NCBI GenBank assembly: GCA_910592345.1
Contig: CAJVPI010000161.1
Span: 1 to 47,614 of the forward strand
DNA: 47,614 bases
DNA from: Paraglomus brasilianum
Taxonomy: Eukaryota
Reading direction: 5' to 3'
Part shown: positions 26,448 to 36,527 of the stretch, one piece after another
Position numbering within the stretch: position 1 is the first letter of the stretch
Layout: each line of letters starts with the position of its first letter
Made by a program: the position numbers and the translations under genes
The notes under the pieces: generated by a model
Databases searched by the model: none
Told to the model about the DNA's origin: nothing
Seen by the model: the letters and a program-made list of their open reading frames with translations, nothing else

Positions 26448-27224
26448 ACGATCCATCGTGCAAAAAGTATTTTCGTCCCATATGAAAGCTTGGTCACGCA
26501 ACGACATTATATTATAATAATATGGGAAGTATATTATTTATTATTTAATTAAAATATTAGTTTGTCTCATTTGACTCACCAACAAATCTTCCAAGACTGT
26601 TTAACAATCTTATCTGTTTACCTGTGTCTTCTTGCTGCAACAAAAATAAACATACAATTCCTAAGCTCTTACTGGTACTAATAATAGTAATCTCAGTACT
26701 ATCAAATGGCTTTTTTTTAGCATCTCTGCGGTTTCTCTAATTATCTGAAATATCATATTAACTTGTTAAATCCTACTTTTGGTTGAAACGAAGCTAGACT
26801 TAACGAGTTAAACTTTGTTCGAATTGATATTAATATCGGGACTTTGGGATGACGCATATTTCTTCCTAATTTCTGCGTAACTCTGATAGCAGATAGTGTA
26901 GAGATAAGGATGTCACTTGTCCAGAAGTGACAACTTCCGAACTACACCGTAAACAATTTATCAATTAGGATAGTGTCGACAGTAATACATATAGAATGGC
27001 AGTTCGATTAGGTATATAAGAAGCGCGACTTTCCGTGAGAATTCATCATGTTTACAAATTCTTTTGTGCATCAAACACTCTACCGGAGGTTTAGATATTT
27101 AATTCTTTTCTCTTGATAGGCATGTATCATTGTTCATACACGAACGAATAGAACAAGTATCATCAAATTCAGTGGTTGATTCTCAATATTTTACTCTGTA
27201 ATAAATAATGTACACATGTTTCTT

Positions 27225-27629
27225 AGCCAAGGCGGCTAACAGTAAAGCATATAGTATTCTCGCATTTTTTGTACGTATAAATTGTTACAAAACGCAACAG
27301 TGCCGAAAACCCGATCATGATTGCAAGTTTGAGTCACTAAATTGCAAGGCAAAATCGATGATGATAATTGATTTAATTGCACCAACACGTAACCAGTGTT
27401 GTCTTCATACCTGCAAGTTGAATCCAAATCCTCGGTTTAGGCAAATCTCTAGTAGGTAAGAGCTTACTAAGAGTATTCACTCCTCCCCTTCTCAAGACGT
27501 GATAAGGGTTTTACATCATTGTGATAAATGGTATACCACATGTCGTCAGAATTATCTTTGTTCACCTCATTGATAATAGCAACGCGAATTGTATTTGCAT
27601 CTGGACGCTTATCAGGACCAGCGTCACAC
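27225..27629 (-). pseudogene. Older, more diverged copy of the kinase 3' end
   Basis: TGTTGTCTTCATACCTGCA, TACATCATT.TGATAAATGGTAT and CTGGACGCTTATCAGGA.CAGC match 22523-22780; weaker similarity extends into the last exon and 3' flank. Confidence 0.75.
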
Positions 27630-27630
27630 G

Positions 27631-27860
27631 TCAAGTACTTTTACAACTAACACTAGCTTTATGGAATCGATTGTCATACATCTGTTTACTTTCCTATAAC
27701 CGCATTGGCCATCAGCGCATGTGTCTTTACAACCACACATCATTCGTCGACCGCTGCTCGATGCAACCCCCACTGCGCTTTGGGCTCTTGCTGTCTTTCT
27801 CAATGTTACTTTTTCTGTGGTATATTACCCAGCCCTTTTGTGAAAGTGTTTATAAGAGGT
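27631..27860 (-). mobile_element. C-terminal Cys-rich tail of a KRBA2/Ginger-like integrase (relic)
   Basis: Across two frameshifts: GLGNIPQK/KVTLRKTARAQSAVG...CGCKDTCADGQCGYRK/..DNRFHKASVSCKST*, similar to the IPxxxISLRxAAxxQS...CxCxxxCxxxxCxCxK...CxSRCH...C tail. Confidence 0.55.
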
Positions 27861-27920
27861 TGAAGTCTTCTGACACAGGTTGAAGTCTTCTGACACAGGT
27901 TGAAGTCTTCTGACACAGGT
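27857..27920 (+). repeat. Perfect 20-bp tandem repeat, 3.2 copies
   Basis: AGGTTGAAGTCTTCTGACAC three times, followed by AGGT. Confidence 0.95.
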
Positions 27921-28091
27921 AGAAGTAGTCCAAAACTGCCAGCACTAAATCTGACAATTTCAGCATTCAGCATCTGAGATGAATCTATATTAGCATAAAA
28001 TAACACATTTCAGCCATTCTGTAATGTTTTCATAGATTTCACCTTAAATACGGCATTGTTCAACTAACACACATTTCAGTTGTACTGTAAT

Positions 28092-29020
28092 GCCTAGCTG
28101 AGATGTTACATAAATATAGATGACATGAATACTTTTTAATTCAAAATGACACATTTCCGCTCAAATTTGCCTAGCTGAGGTGTAACATATATAGAGATGA
28201 CATGAATACTTTTTAATTCAAAACGACACATTTCCGCTTGGCCATATATATATGACATGTATACTTTAAATTCCAAATGATACATTCCGTTTAAATTTTC
28301 CTGGCTGAGATGTAACATATATAGAGATGACATTGACTGAAACGGCGACCTGGCTTCCGTATTGCATAAAAAACCGATAAAAGCATAAAACCCGCGCAGC
28401 ACTTTTTAATTCAAATGACATATTTCCGCCTAATTTCGAAAACATGCCTGATAAAATGTTACATATATAGATGAGATGAGTACTTTTTGATTCAAAACGA
28501 CACATTTCCGCCTAATTTCGAAAACGTGCCTGGCCGAAATGTTACATATATATAGATAACACGAGTGCTTTTTAATTCCAAATGACACATTTCCGCTTAA
28601 ATTTGCCTGGCTGAGATGTAACATATATAGAGATGACATGAGTACTTTTAATTCCAAACAACACATTTCCACCTAATTTTGAAAACGTGCCTGGCTGAAA
28701 TGTTACATATATAGAGATGATATGAATACTTTTTAATTCCAAATGACACATTCTCTGTCAGAAATGTATGTTGAAAATATTCCGGTCATTCCGGTATTGA
28801 CAACTCCCCGTTCTATTATGACACATTTCGGATAGTTTTATGCTCAACTGACTTATGGACGCCATCTTGCTGAAATTAGTATTATACAATCACACATTGC
28901 ACTTTTCAACCTTTTTCCAAATACTCATGTCACCTATATATATATAACATTTTGGACAAAAAATTAGGCGAAAATGTGTCGTTTTGAATTAAAAAGTACT
29001 CGGGCCATTCATATATATAT
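28092..29020. repeat. Satellite-like array (~8-9 units, mostly 76-85 bp) plus one inverted unit
   Basis: Unit TTTTTAATTC.AAA.GACACATTTCCGC.TAA...GCCTGGCTGA.ATGT.ACATATATAGAGATGACATGA.TAC recurs over 28092-28752; a reverse-complement copy lies at ~28920-29020. Confidence 0.88.
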
Positions 29021-29069
29021 CAGCAGCTTAATTGAGGCCGAAATTGTTTAGTTCTACCTGCGTGAAGAG

Positions 29070-29655
29070 GTGGATCAAATCGTTGAAGATCAAACCAAAC
29101 AATGTAATAGTAAGGGGCATTGAAAAATAGGGAGCATTGGAGATAGAACCAAATGATGTATACGCATTGAGTTGAAGAGGAGCTCTCTATATAAATCTGA
29201 CAAGGCTCTGACCAAATGACGCATATGCATTAAATACGACAAAGCACTACATGATCTCAACAAGGGGAGTTGTGTATGTAGAGCCAAATATAACAATAGT
29301 GTCCTTATTAGACGCAACTAAGGCTCTAAAGCTGTTATATAAAGGACACAGCTGTTGTATAACAATGCACTGACAAATCGATGCCTGTGCATTGAAAAAT
29401 CTATTTTTTAAAACAATATGACAATGCACTGAATGAGTTCACCAAATCAAACCAAATGATGATGTATACGCAATGGGTCGAAGGGGAGCTTTCTTCGACA
29501 AATCATTGGAGATTGAACTAAATGACACATATTGCATTGATATTGAGTCGAAGAAGAGACATCTATATCTAACTCTAAAACATTGCGATTAGCCACTGAA
29601 AGATCTCAACAAGTCGTTAGAGATTGAACCAGATAATTCGTATACTTTGCGTCGT
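29070..29655 (+). pseudogene. Tetratricopeptide repeat (TPR) protein pseudogene
   Basis: Broken repeats KSLKIKPNN, ALEIEPNDVYALS*RG, KSLEIELND and KDLNKSLEIEPDNSYTLR. Confidence 0.75.
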
Positions 29656-29811
29656 GACATGGAAGGTAGTGCAGTTGAGTTGGAGATAACTACATAAAGT
29701 TGATCACACTAGTTGTTTATCTGCGCCGCGCTGAGAAATTTTATCACGTGAGACAGAGTACACGTCACGTTATGTCATGTAACGAACGGCATAATTATTT
29801 CGTTAAGCAAA

Positions 29812-31798
29812 ATGAGATGACTAGTGGTAGTAAAGACAATATATGTAATCCAAGACGTAGGGCGTTCTACGTAATACTAAACAAATCAAAAAACCAAATC
29901 CCAACCATCCATATACCTTTTTTTTCTCTGATGAGTTTTCTTTGCGCTACATCGATAATATTAAGAAAATAATTTCTTAACACGGGAGTGAGTGAACGAA
30001 CCGTGTTCAAAGGACTACCCAAAGAACTAACTATATTTCAATGAATAAGACACCCAAGCCCCAAACGGGAACATGTCAAACTATCCATGAATGAGTGAGT
30101 CTGTACGATGTTTAAAGGGCGAATGGGAGTGAGTTTCAACAAACCACGCTCAAAGGTCGCATCAACCCAAAGAACTATACTTCAATGAATAAGACATCCG
30201 GCCCCAAACGGACATGTCAAATTTCCTGATCTGCGGAAGGATGTAACGAAGATTTTTCATGGCTTGTTCTTCAGGAAATATCATATCGTTATCCGTCGAT
30301 TTTGGCGAAAGGGTTTATGTTGCGTTAAAGATTCGAACATTAACCGCTTTTTATAGTAAGAGTTTCTCGCAAATTGCACAGCCACCTACGTACGCAGTTC
30401 ATAAGAACATAAAGGTTACATGTAATGCATCATAAAACTTTTTCACTGGTCAAAATCGAATGTTATTGTCATAAGAACTCGTGATTGGATAATGATAATA
30501 CATCAATGTCAAATTACAAATGTGTAAATATAAACCCGTCATATGCTATATTATAGAAACATTTAGAAAAATTGTGGAAGGTGCTTATTTTCGAGGGACA
30601 TATGCGGCGGTATGTTATGCAGTTGAGAATCGTGCGCTTTTATTTATTTTTTTACACGCGTTTGATGATAAAAAAATGTGGCTGTGAACACACTGAGTTG
30701 CAGAATTATCCTATAATACTGACTGTATAGCTCCAAAATAATCTCTTTCCCTATAGTTAAATGCGGTGTTTATTTTGACGTGTACCAATTAATATTCGTT
30801 TTGGCATTACATGTAACCTTTATGTTCTTATGAACTGCGTACTGTACGTGGCGTGGCTGTGCAATTTGCGAGAAATCCCTACTATAAAAGCGGTTAATGT
30901 TTTCGCCAAGGTATTTTACTTACACACACAATCGACGAATAACAATATGATATTTTCTGAAGAGCAACCATGAAAAATCTTCGTTACATCCTTCCGCAGA
31001 TCAGGAAAAGATGCTCGCAATGACACACTATGGAGAACACAGGGCATGTGGATGATTTGACATGTTCCGCTTGGGCCGGGCGTCTTATTTATTGAAGTAT
31101 ATGTAGTTCTTTGGGTTGATGCGTTCTTTAAGCGTGGTTCGCTCAAACTCACTCCCATTCATAGATGTCTGGCATGTTCTGTTAGGGCCTCGCCCTTTAA
31201 CCATCGTACAGACTCACTCATTCATGGATAGTTTGACATGTTCTCGTTTGGGGCTTGGGTGTCTTATTCATTGAAATATAGTTAGTTCTTTGGGTAGTCC
31301 TTTGAACACGGTTCGTTTATTCACTCCCGTGTTAAGAAATTATTTTCTTAAAAATTTTTTAATATTATCGATGTAGCGCAAAAGTAGAAGTTTACTCTTT
31401 ACAAATAAAACGGTCACAAAGAAAACTCATCAGAGAAAAAAAAGGTATATGGATGGTTGGGATTTTCAGTCTTTTGGTTTTTTGATTTGTTTAGTATTAC
31501 GTAGAACGGTTGCAAGATAAGATAGGAAAATATGACATGTGAATGTTATTAGTTCAGCCTTGGGCTTGGGTTCAGTCTATTGTTATAGTGCAACATTCTC
31601 CTTCCTAAGAGCGCATCTCAGCATGTAACTTTGATCTTTGAACTCGCTGCTAATTACAGTTTGAAACAGTAAAGCAAGTGTCCAATATATAAACTTTCTT
31701 CAGCGCAATCTATTCCTAAGTAAACTAACTTTGCCATTTCTCTACATCCTGTATTGCATGCATTAATATTGTCTCTACTACTTCATTAGTCATCTCAT
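29812..31798. repeat. Long inverted duplication (arms ~29812-30428 and ~30804-31798; 375-bp spacer)
   Basis: CGTTCTACGTAATACTAAACAAATC (29863) pairs with its reverse complement ending at 31508; ACATAAAGGTTACATGTAATGC (to 30428) pairs with 30804 onward. Outer similarity resumes beyond a ~230-bp extra block in the right arm. Confidence 0.93.
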
Positions 31799-32738
31799 CT
31801 TAGTACCTAACAATAGTATCCTTAAACTGGTGCGGTATTGATTGCTTAGAGACGACTTCCTTAATGACAATTATACATTTTGGTGTGATACTGTGATTAG
31901 GCCATAAGCTAGTAATTGCTCAAATACAATATTATAGAATAATATTGAAATATGTGTTTTTCTCACAGCAGTAAATTTGCCATCTTGGACTCTACAACAT
32001 TGTCCAATATACTTATGTAAATTAGAGACTTTTGATATAGATATTTTATTCATTTGCTTAAAACTCAAACAGCAATTTAGTTTAAAGTTAGGGATTTTTT
32101 AGTCTCTAATATTCTCTTTAATTGATATTTTAATATGGAGGAGTAGGTTTTAAACACTCAGGGCAAGTTATTTAGTGTTATCGTCATTAAGTGCATGCAA
32201 ACTACTAAGAAACTAATATTATATAAAAAGGTTTAATTAGAAAATAGCTTTTCTAATTTATTAACTAGAACTTTAATTTTTTACAATTTTATGATTTCTA
32301 AACAATGCAATCTAAAAGTCTTTGCAAATGAATAAATATGATGACTACAAAATGTAAAAAATGAAAATAATCTCTTCAAATGCCTATCAATATGTTTTTC
32401 TTGTAAAACATGGGGTCAGTTTATTGCATCATCAAATCTTAGTAGAAAATGCAAGCCAGCTTTAAATAATGTGCAAAGTTTAACAAACATCATAATTCAT
32501 AGATTGTAAAAAGCAATTGAACGTTGATTGCGGTTTAACTGTAATTATTCATACGGGTTTAAGCCGAGAATCAGGTCTTAGTCTAATATTAGTGCATTAT
32601 CTTGGGACTGAAACAAATTGTTCGTTATAAAAAAAGTGTAAATGCTGACATTGTAACCAAAGCTTTAGGTGGCTTAGAACAATATTGTCGTCCGTGTTAC
32701 AGTTTCCTTTATTGGCAAAATGATAAACTCACTTATAT

Positions 32739-33197
32739 CTACTCACGCTTGTTTTCCAAAATGTTATCAACTTTTTCAATTGCTCCGTCTTTTCTCAGTT
32801 GACCTAAAAGCAGCGCTTTCTTCTCCTCCAGCTGTTGCACTCTCGACTCAACCTCGTCAATAACCTGCGTTGCGTTTTCGAAGATAACACTAACTTCCTT
32901 TGTTATAATCTGATTTTCCTTTTCTCTGCGCCCGCTATCTTCCTTATCAACAACATATTGATCAGTTACGGATGTTTGTTGTTGATAATTTGAGACACGC
33001 TTTTCAAACTTAGCAATACGTGCTTTAAATGCTTGTATATTGGCTGAAAGATTTTCTTGCGCGCCTTGTATTATCGTATACTCTTTGAGAGACGAATCAA
33101 TGCGCAGTCGTTTGAGTCTTTTAGTATAGCCATATATTACAAGCGCTATAATAGCGACCAGTCCAAGCGATACAAGGAACGGGATCGAGGCCTGCAT
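32739..33197 (-). CDS. Hypothetical N-anchored membrane protein with a coiled-coil
   Basis: 152-aa ATG ORF with hydrophobic IPFLVSLGLVAIIALVIYGY followed by a basic patch and heptad-like helix. Divergent from the CapA-like gene. A GTGAGT near the stop may mark a further intron. Confidence 0.65.
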   Translation of the reverse strand: MQASIPFLVSLGLVAIIALVIYGYTKRLKRLRIDSSLKEYTIIQGAQENLSANIQAFKARIAKFEKRVSNYQQQTSVTDQYVVDKEDSGRREKENQIITKEVSVIFENATQVIDEVESRVQQLEEKKALLLGQLRKDGAIEKVDNILENKRE

Positions 33198-33289
33198 GAT
33201 TTATAAGACGTTTTAGTTAAACGTGTATGAGGAGATATTTAGTCTAAAAATAACGCAAGTCGCTAAATATATTTAGTTTCCCTGTTTAT

Positions 33290-33295
33290 CACGTG
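33290..33295. promoter_or_regulatory. CACGTG E-box in a ~210-bp divergent promoter
   Basis: TTATCACGTG lies roughly midway between the ATGs at 33197 (-) and 33407 (+). Confidence 0.45.
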
Positions 33296-33406
33296 TTTAC
33301 ATGTAATTATTCAGCATACATGGATGACATCACAATGTCGCTGATTCGCTTGCTCAGCGTATAAAGTGGCGACATCCCCACGGTAAGTCTTATTTGAACA
33401 AAAGAA

Positions 33407-35317
33407 ATGTCAGCAGCTACTGGACAATTCAAAGTTAATATTGTTGGGGATATTATGCTTGATCGGTTGATCAACAAGAAGATATTTGAAGGACGATGGC
33501 CGACCAAGTACACGTAAGCTTAACACAGATGGGTTATATAACCTGATATTCTAAAATATTAATATTAATAAAAAGTAATTTGATCGTAATAAGATATCCA
33601 TATGGCAACACACTCGATGTGCTAAAGGATTGTGACTTTTTTATTGGTAATATAATAAATGCGAAGCCAAGACGTTGGAATTTGATTTCTTATCTACAAA
33701 TCATCTGATCGATTGAATTCCACAACGCAACGTCCTATAAATTCATTCAGGGAATCTCGAAACTGTAAGTTGGCCTGTCTCTTAATATTGGGGCACACGG
33801 ATCTTTTTTTTTCTTCGCAAAGAAAAGATTATACATTGCAATCGTATTATTCAACTTAGTCGATTACAAAGCACAGCGTAAAGTGGCCCAAGACGTTTAA
33901 TTTCCGAATGTTTCCTGAGGTATTGAATCGGTTTTGAAAATAGAGAACCCTTCTGGTTTTCATCATCTAATTACTATCCGTATCATTCAACAGCACATCC
34001 AAGCAATACTCAACTTAGTTCCATATTCGTCTTCCATTCTTTCGCATGATTCCACGCTCAATCATGTCCAGCTTCCGTATACTTCGCGTGCAAACCCACT
34101 GTATTTATCACTAGCAAACAATCATGTGCTAGATTACAATTATCAAGGATACAAGGATACCGTCGAATCTTTAAATGCAAATGAAATTAATTACGCTGGT
34201 GTCGGTGAAGATCAGAATGAAGCTATGAGGCCATGTATCATTAACTTTCAGGATAGGGAAGGCAAGTAGCAATACCGCTTGACGCATTCTAAGAAAGTTG
34301 AATGTAACGAACTATGTCTCTGATAGGAATCAGTCTCCGAATTGCTTGCTTTTCGGCATCAGATCATCCTCAAGAATGGGCTGCGCATCCAACAACGTCT
34401 GGTGGTGAATCGATTACAACTCTTTGCTTATATCTTTTCGTTAATAACAATGTTTTTAACTCTTATAGAAAGCAAGAATGTCCATCGCAGTGGAATATAT
34501 TACGTTAATCCCGAGAAGCGCAAGAACTGGTAAGTAGATACAGATCATTTGTCGATTTGGTGGTATTCTCTTTACACTGGGGACCCAACTATCAGTGGGA
34601 GAATGACCAATTTTACGTTAAATTTGCCAAAGGGCTTATTGATGCGGTGAGTAAGTTTCATTAACAAACCTATTAGCTTTATTACAAAGTCACCAGAAAT
34701 GTTAAGTATTACTAACTAGCTATTTATGGAATTTAAGGGAGTTGATATTATTCATGGTCATTCAAGTCATCATGTAAAGGCGCTAGAGTTTTACAAAGGC
34801 AAATTGATTATCTACGGCTGCGGAGGTACGAATATAGGTTGACAAACGCAAGACTATTGTTTCATTGTTGTTCATGTGGAAATGGTAATCTGTACTTCCA
34901 ATTCACTGATGCTGTGCAATCGTTATCACCATCACACTAGACTTTATTGATGACTACGCAGTCGATGAAGGTATTTCTTTATTTGCTTTATTTTTTATTT
35001 TTGTAATTACTATGTGCAGTCTTCTCATTGCTTACTCTATGTCGATTACAGAGTATCGTAACGATTTAGGATTTATTTACACTGTAATACTCACTACGAC
35101 TGCGCCTAATGCTCAAGTATCTCCGAAGAACTTGACATCTATTACTTTCGATCGTATCTGTCTCACACCAGTGCAAATTAAAAACCTTCAAGTAAATATT
35201 CTGAACAGACATGAGAAGGAATATGGATGGTTAGGACAAAAAATGAGAACTTTGTGTGAAAAAGTCGGTAGTATAGTTGAAGATGAGAAGGGTGGCTGTT
35301 TCCTTGTAAAGCAATGA
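33407..35317 (+). CDS. CapA/PGA_cap-family metallophosphoesterase-like protein; multi-exon, one apparent frameshift near 34515
   Basis: Spliced motifs VGDIMLDR, YPYGNT, GNLETSIT, KTFNFRM, SLANNHVLDY, YAGVG, DHPQEWAA, DLVVFSLHWGPNY, GVDIIHGHSSHHV, LIIYGCGDFIDDYAVDEEYRNDLG. Confidence 0.85.
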
Positions 35318-35426
35318 TGGGCGCATGCACGTCAGGTGGCTGAGTTTCCATTTACTGGGTTTCACAAATTTCGTTGTACACAATAAAAAGCTTTCATCGA
35401 AGTCCTTACCCGTCACCGTTTTCATC

Positions 35427-36527
35427 ATGGCTGTTGTTCTTCCCAACGAAGTTATTTCTAACGTATATGAAGACTTGACGACGAAGGATTTGTATACGTG
35501 CTTGTATATAAACAAACAGTGGGGTCAAAATGCAGCCAGGCTACTCTGGGAGACCGTCTCGTTGAATCCTAAGAAAGCTAATACACTTATATCTCTAATA
35601 GATGAGGCAATAGAATGCAAGGGTTTCGAGCTTCCGCAACATAACCCATCGCCCATGTATCCATACCCATATTTTCTTACTAGATTCAATGCCTCAGACT
35701 TACATATTACGCTCGAAAAATGGCTTTCGCATGAAGAAGGCGTTCAAAAGTGTACCGTACCTTTTGATGAATGGTTCAGATTACGACATACTCTGGCGGA
35801 CAGCCTTCTTAATCTCTACTGCAAGTACAATGCTACAGTGCAAGAAGTTATGCTCAGTAATAATCAGAACATCTTTTATACGGGCCATGAATATATAATC
35901 TCGGCCATGCGTACGAAATTCAATCCTTTATTTACCAGGGCCCAGAAACTATATGTGAAGGTGATAACAGGCACTTCAATTCAAAGTTTTTATGATGGAA
36001 TGCGAGAGCACTGTAACTCTTTGGTAAGTTAATTAAGTGGCCGTTTAGTTTGCGGCATTTTAACATCAATGCTTACAGCGAACAATTACTACCTTGTTCC
36101 TAAGACGGAAATAATTATCGAAGAAGAATGGAACAACAATAAGTATGATAAATGGAAAGATACAATTGCTGGATTGATAAAGAGCCAATTGAATCTGAAG
36201 AAGTTTACATATACCACTCAGCCATATAATGAGGGAAGATATATTAGAAAAATGAGCAAGATACTGTTAAAGTATGCTGCTTCTTTACAATCTCTTACAT
36301 TCAAGGACATTATGTTTCAACATAAAAAAGAATATAAGAATCCCTTGGAGTATATTAATCAATTCCATAAGTTGGAATACCTTGAATTTAACAGATGCAT
36401 GTATGTTAAAGGACAGCTTGCTTCACCTTTTGTAAGAGGAATGTTCCCTAATCTTCAAAAGGTAGAAATTATACAGTGTTATGATTCTCAACCAATCAAG
36501 GAATGGGCTGAGGAAATCAATATGTGA
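35427..36527 (+). CDS. F-box/LRR-like protein, 2 exons (35427-36023, 36105-36527)
   Basis: F-box LPNEVISNVYEDL...DLYTCLYINKQW and motif YPYPYFLTRF. A GTAAGT donor and TAAG acceptor join in frame; LRR-like C-terminus. Confidence 0.85.

Noticed and set aside
28092..28752. CRISPR-like appearance of the regular array
   Set aside because: Whole units are homologous with no unique spacers, there are no cas genes, and the context is eukaryotic.
28778..28808. TTCCGG repeats ending in GACAACTCCC, like a hAT terminus
   Set aside because: No partner TIR or 8-bp TSD in the window.
30916..31158. 80-aa ORF in the right arm of the inverted repeat
   Set aside because: The frame is not preserved in the left arm and has no recognisable domain.
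34530..34543. Apparent 14-nt intron GTAAGTAGATACAG in the CapA-like gene
   Set aside because: Too short, splicing creates TGA, and the bases read as coding (LVSRYR) in the downstream frame.
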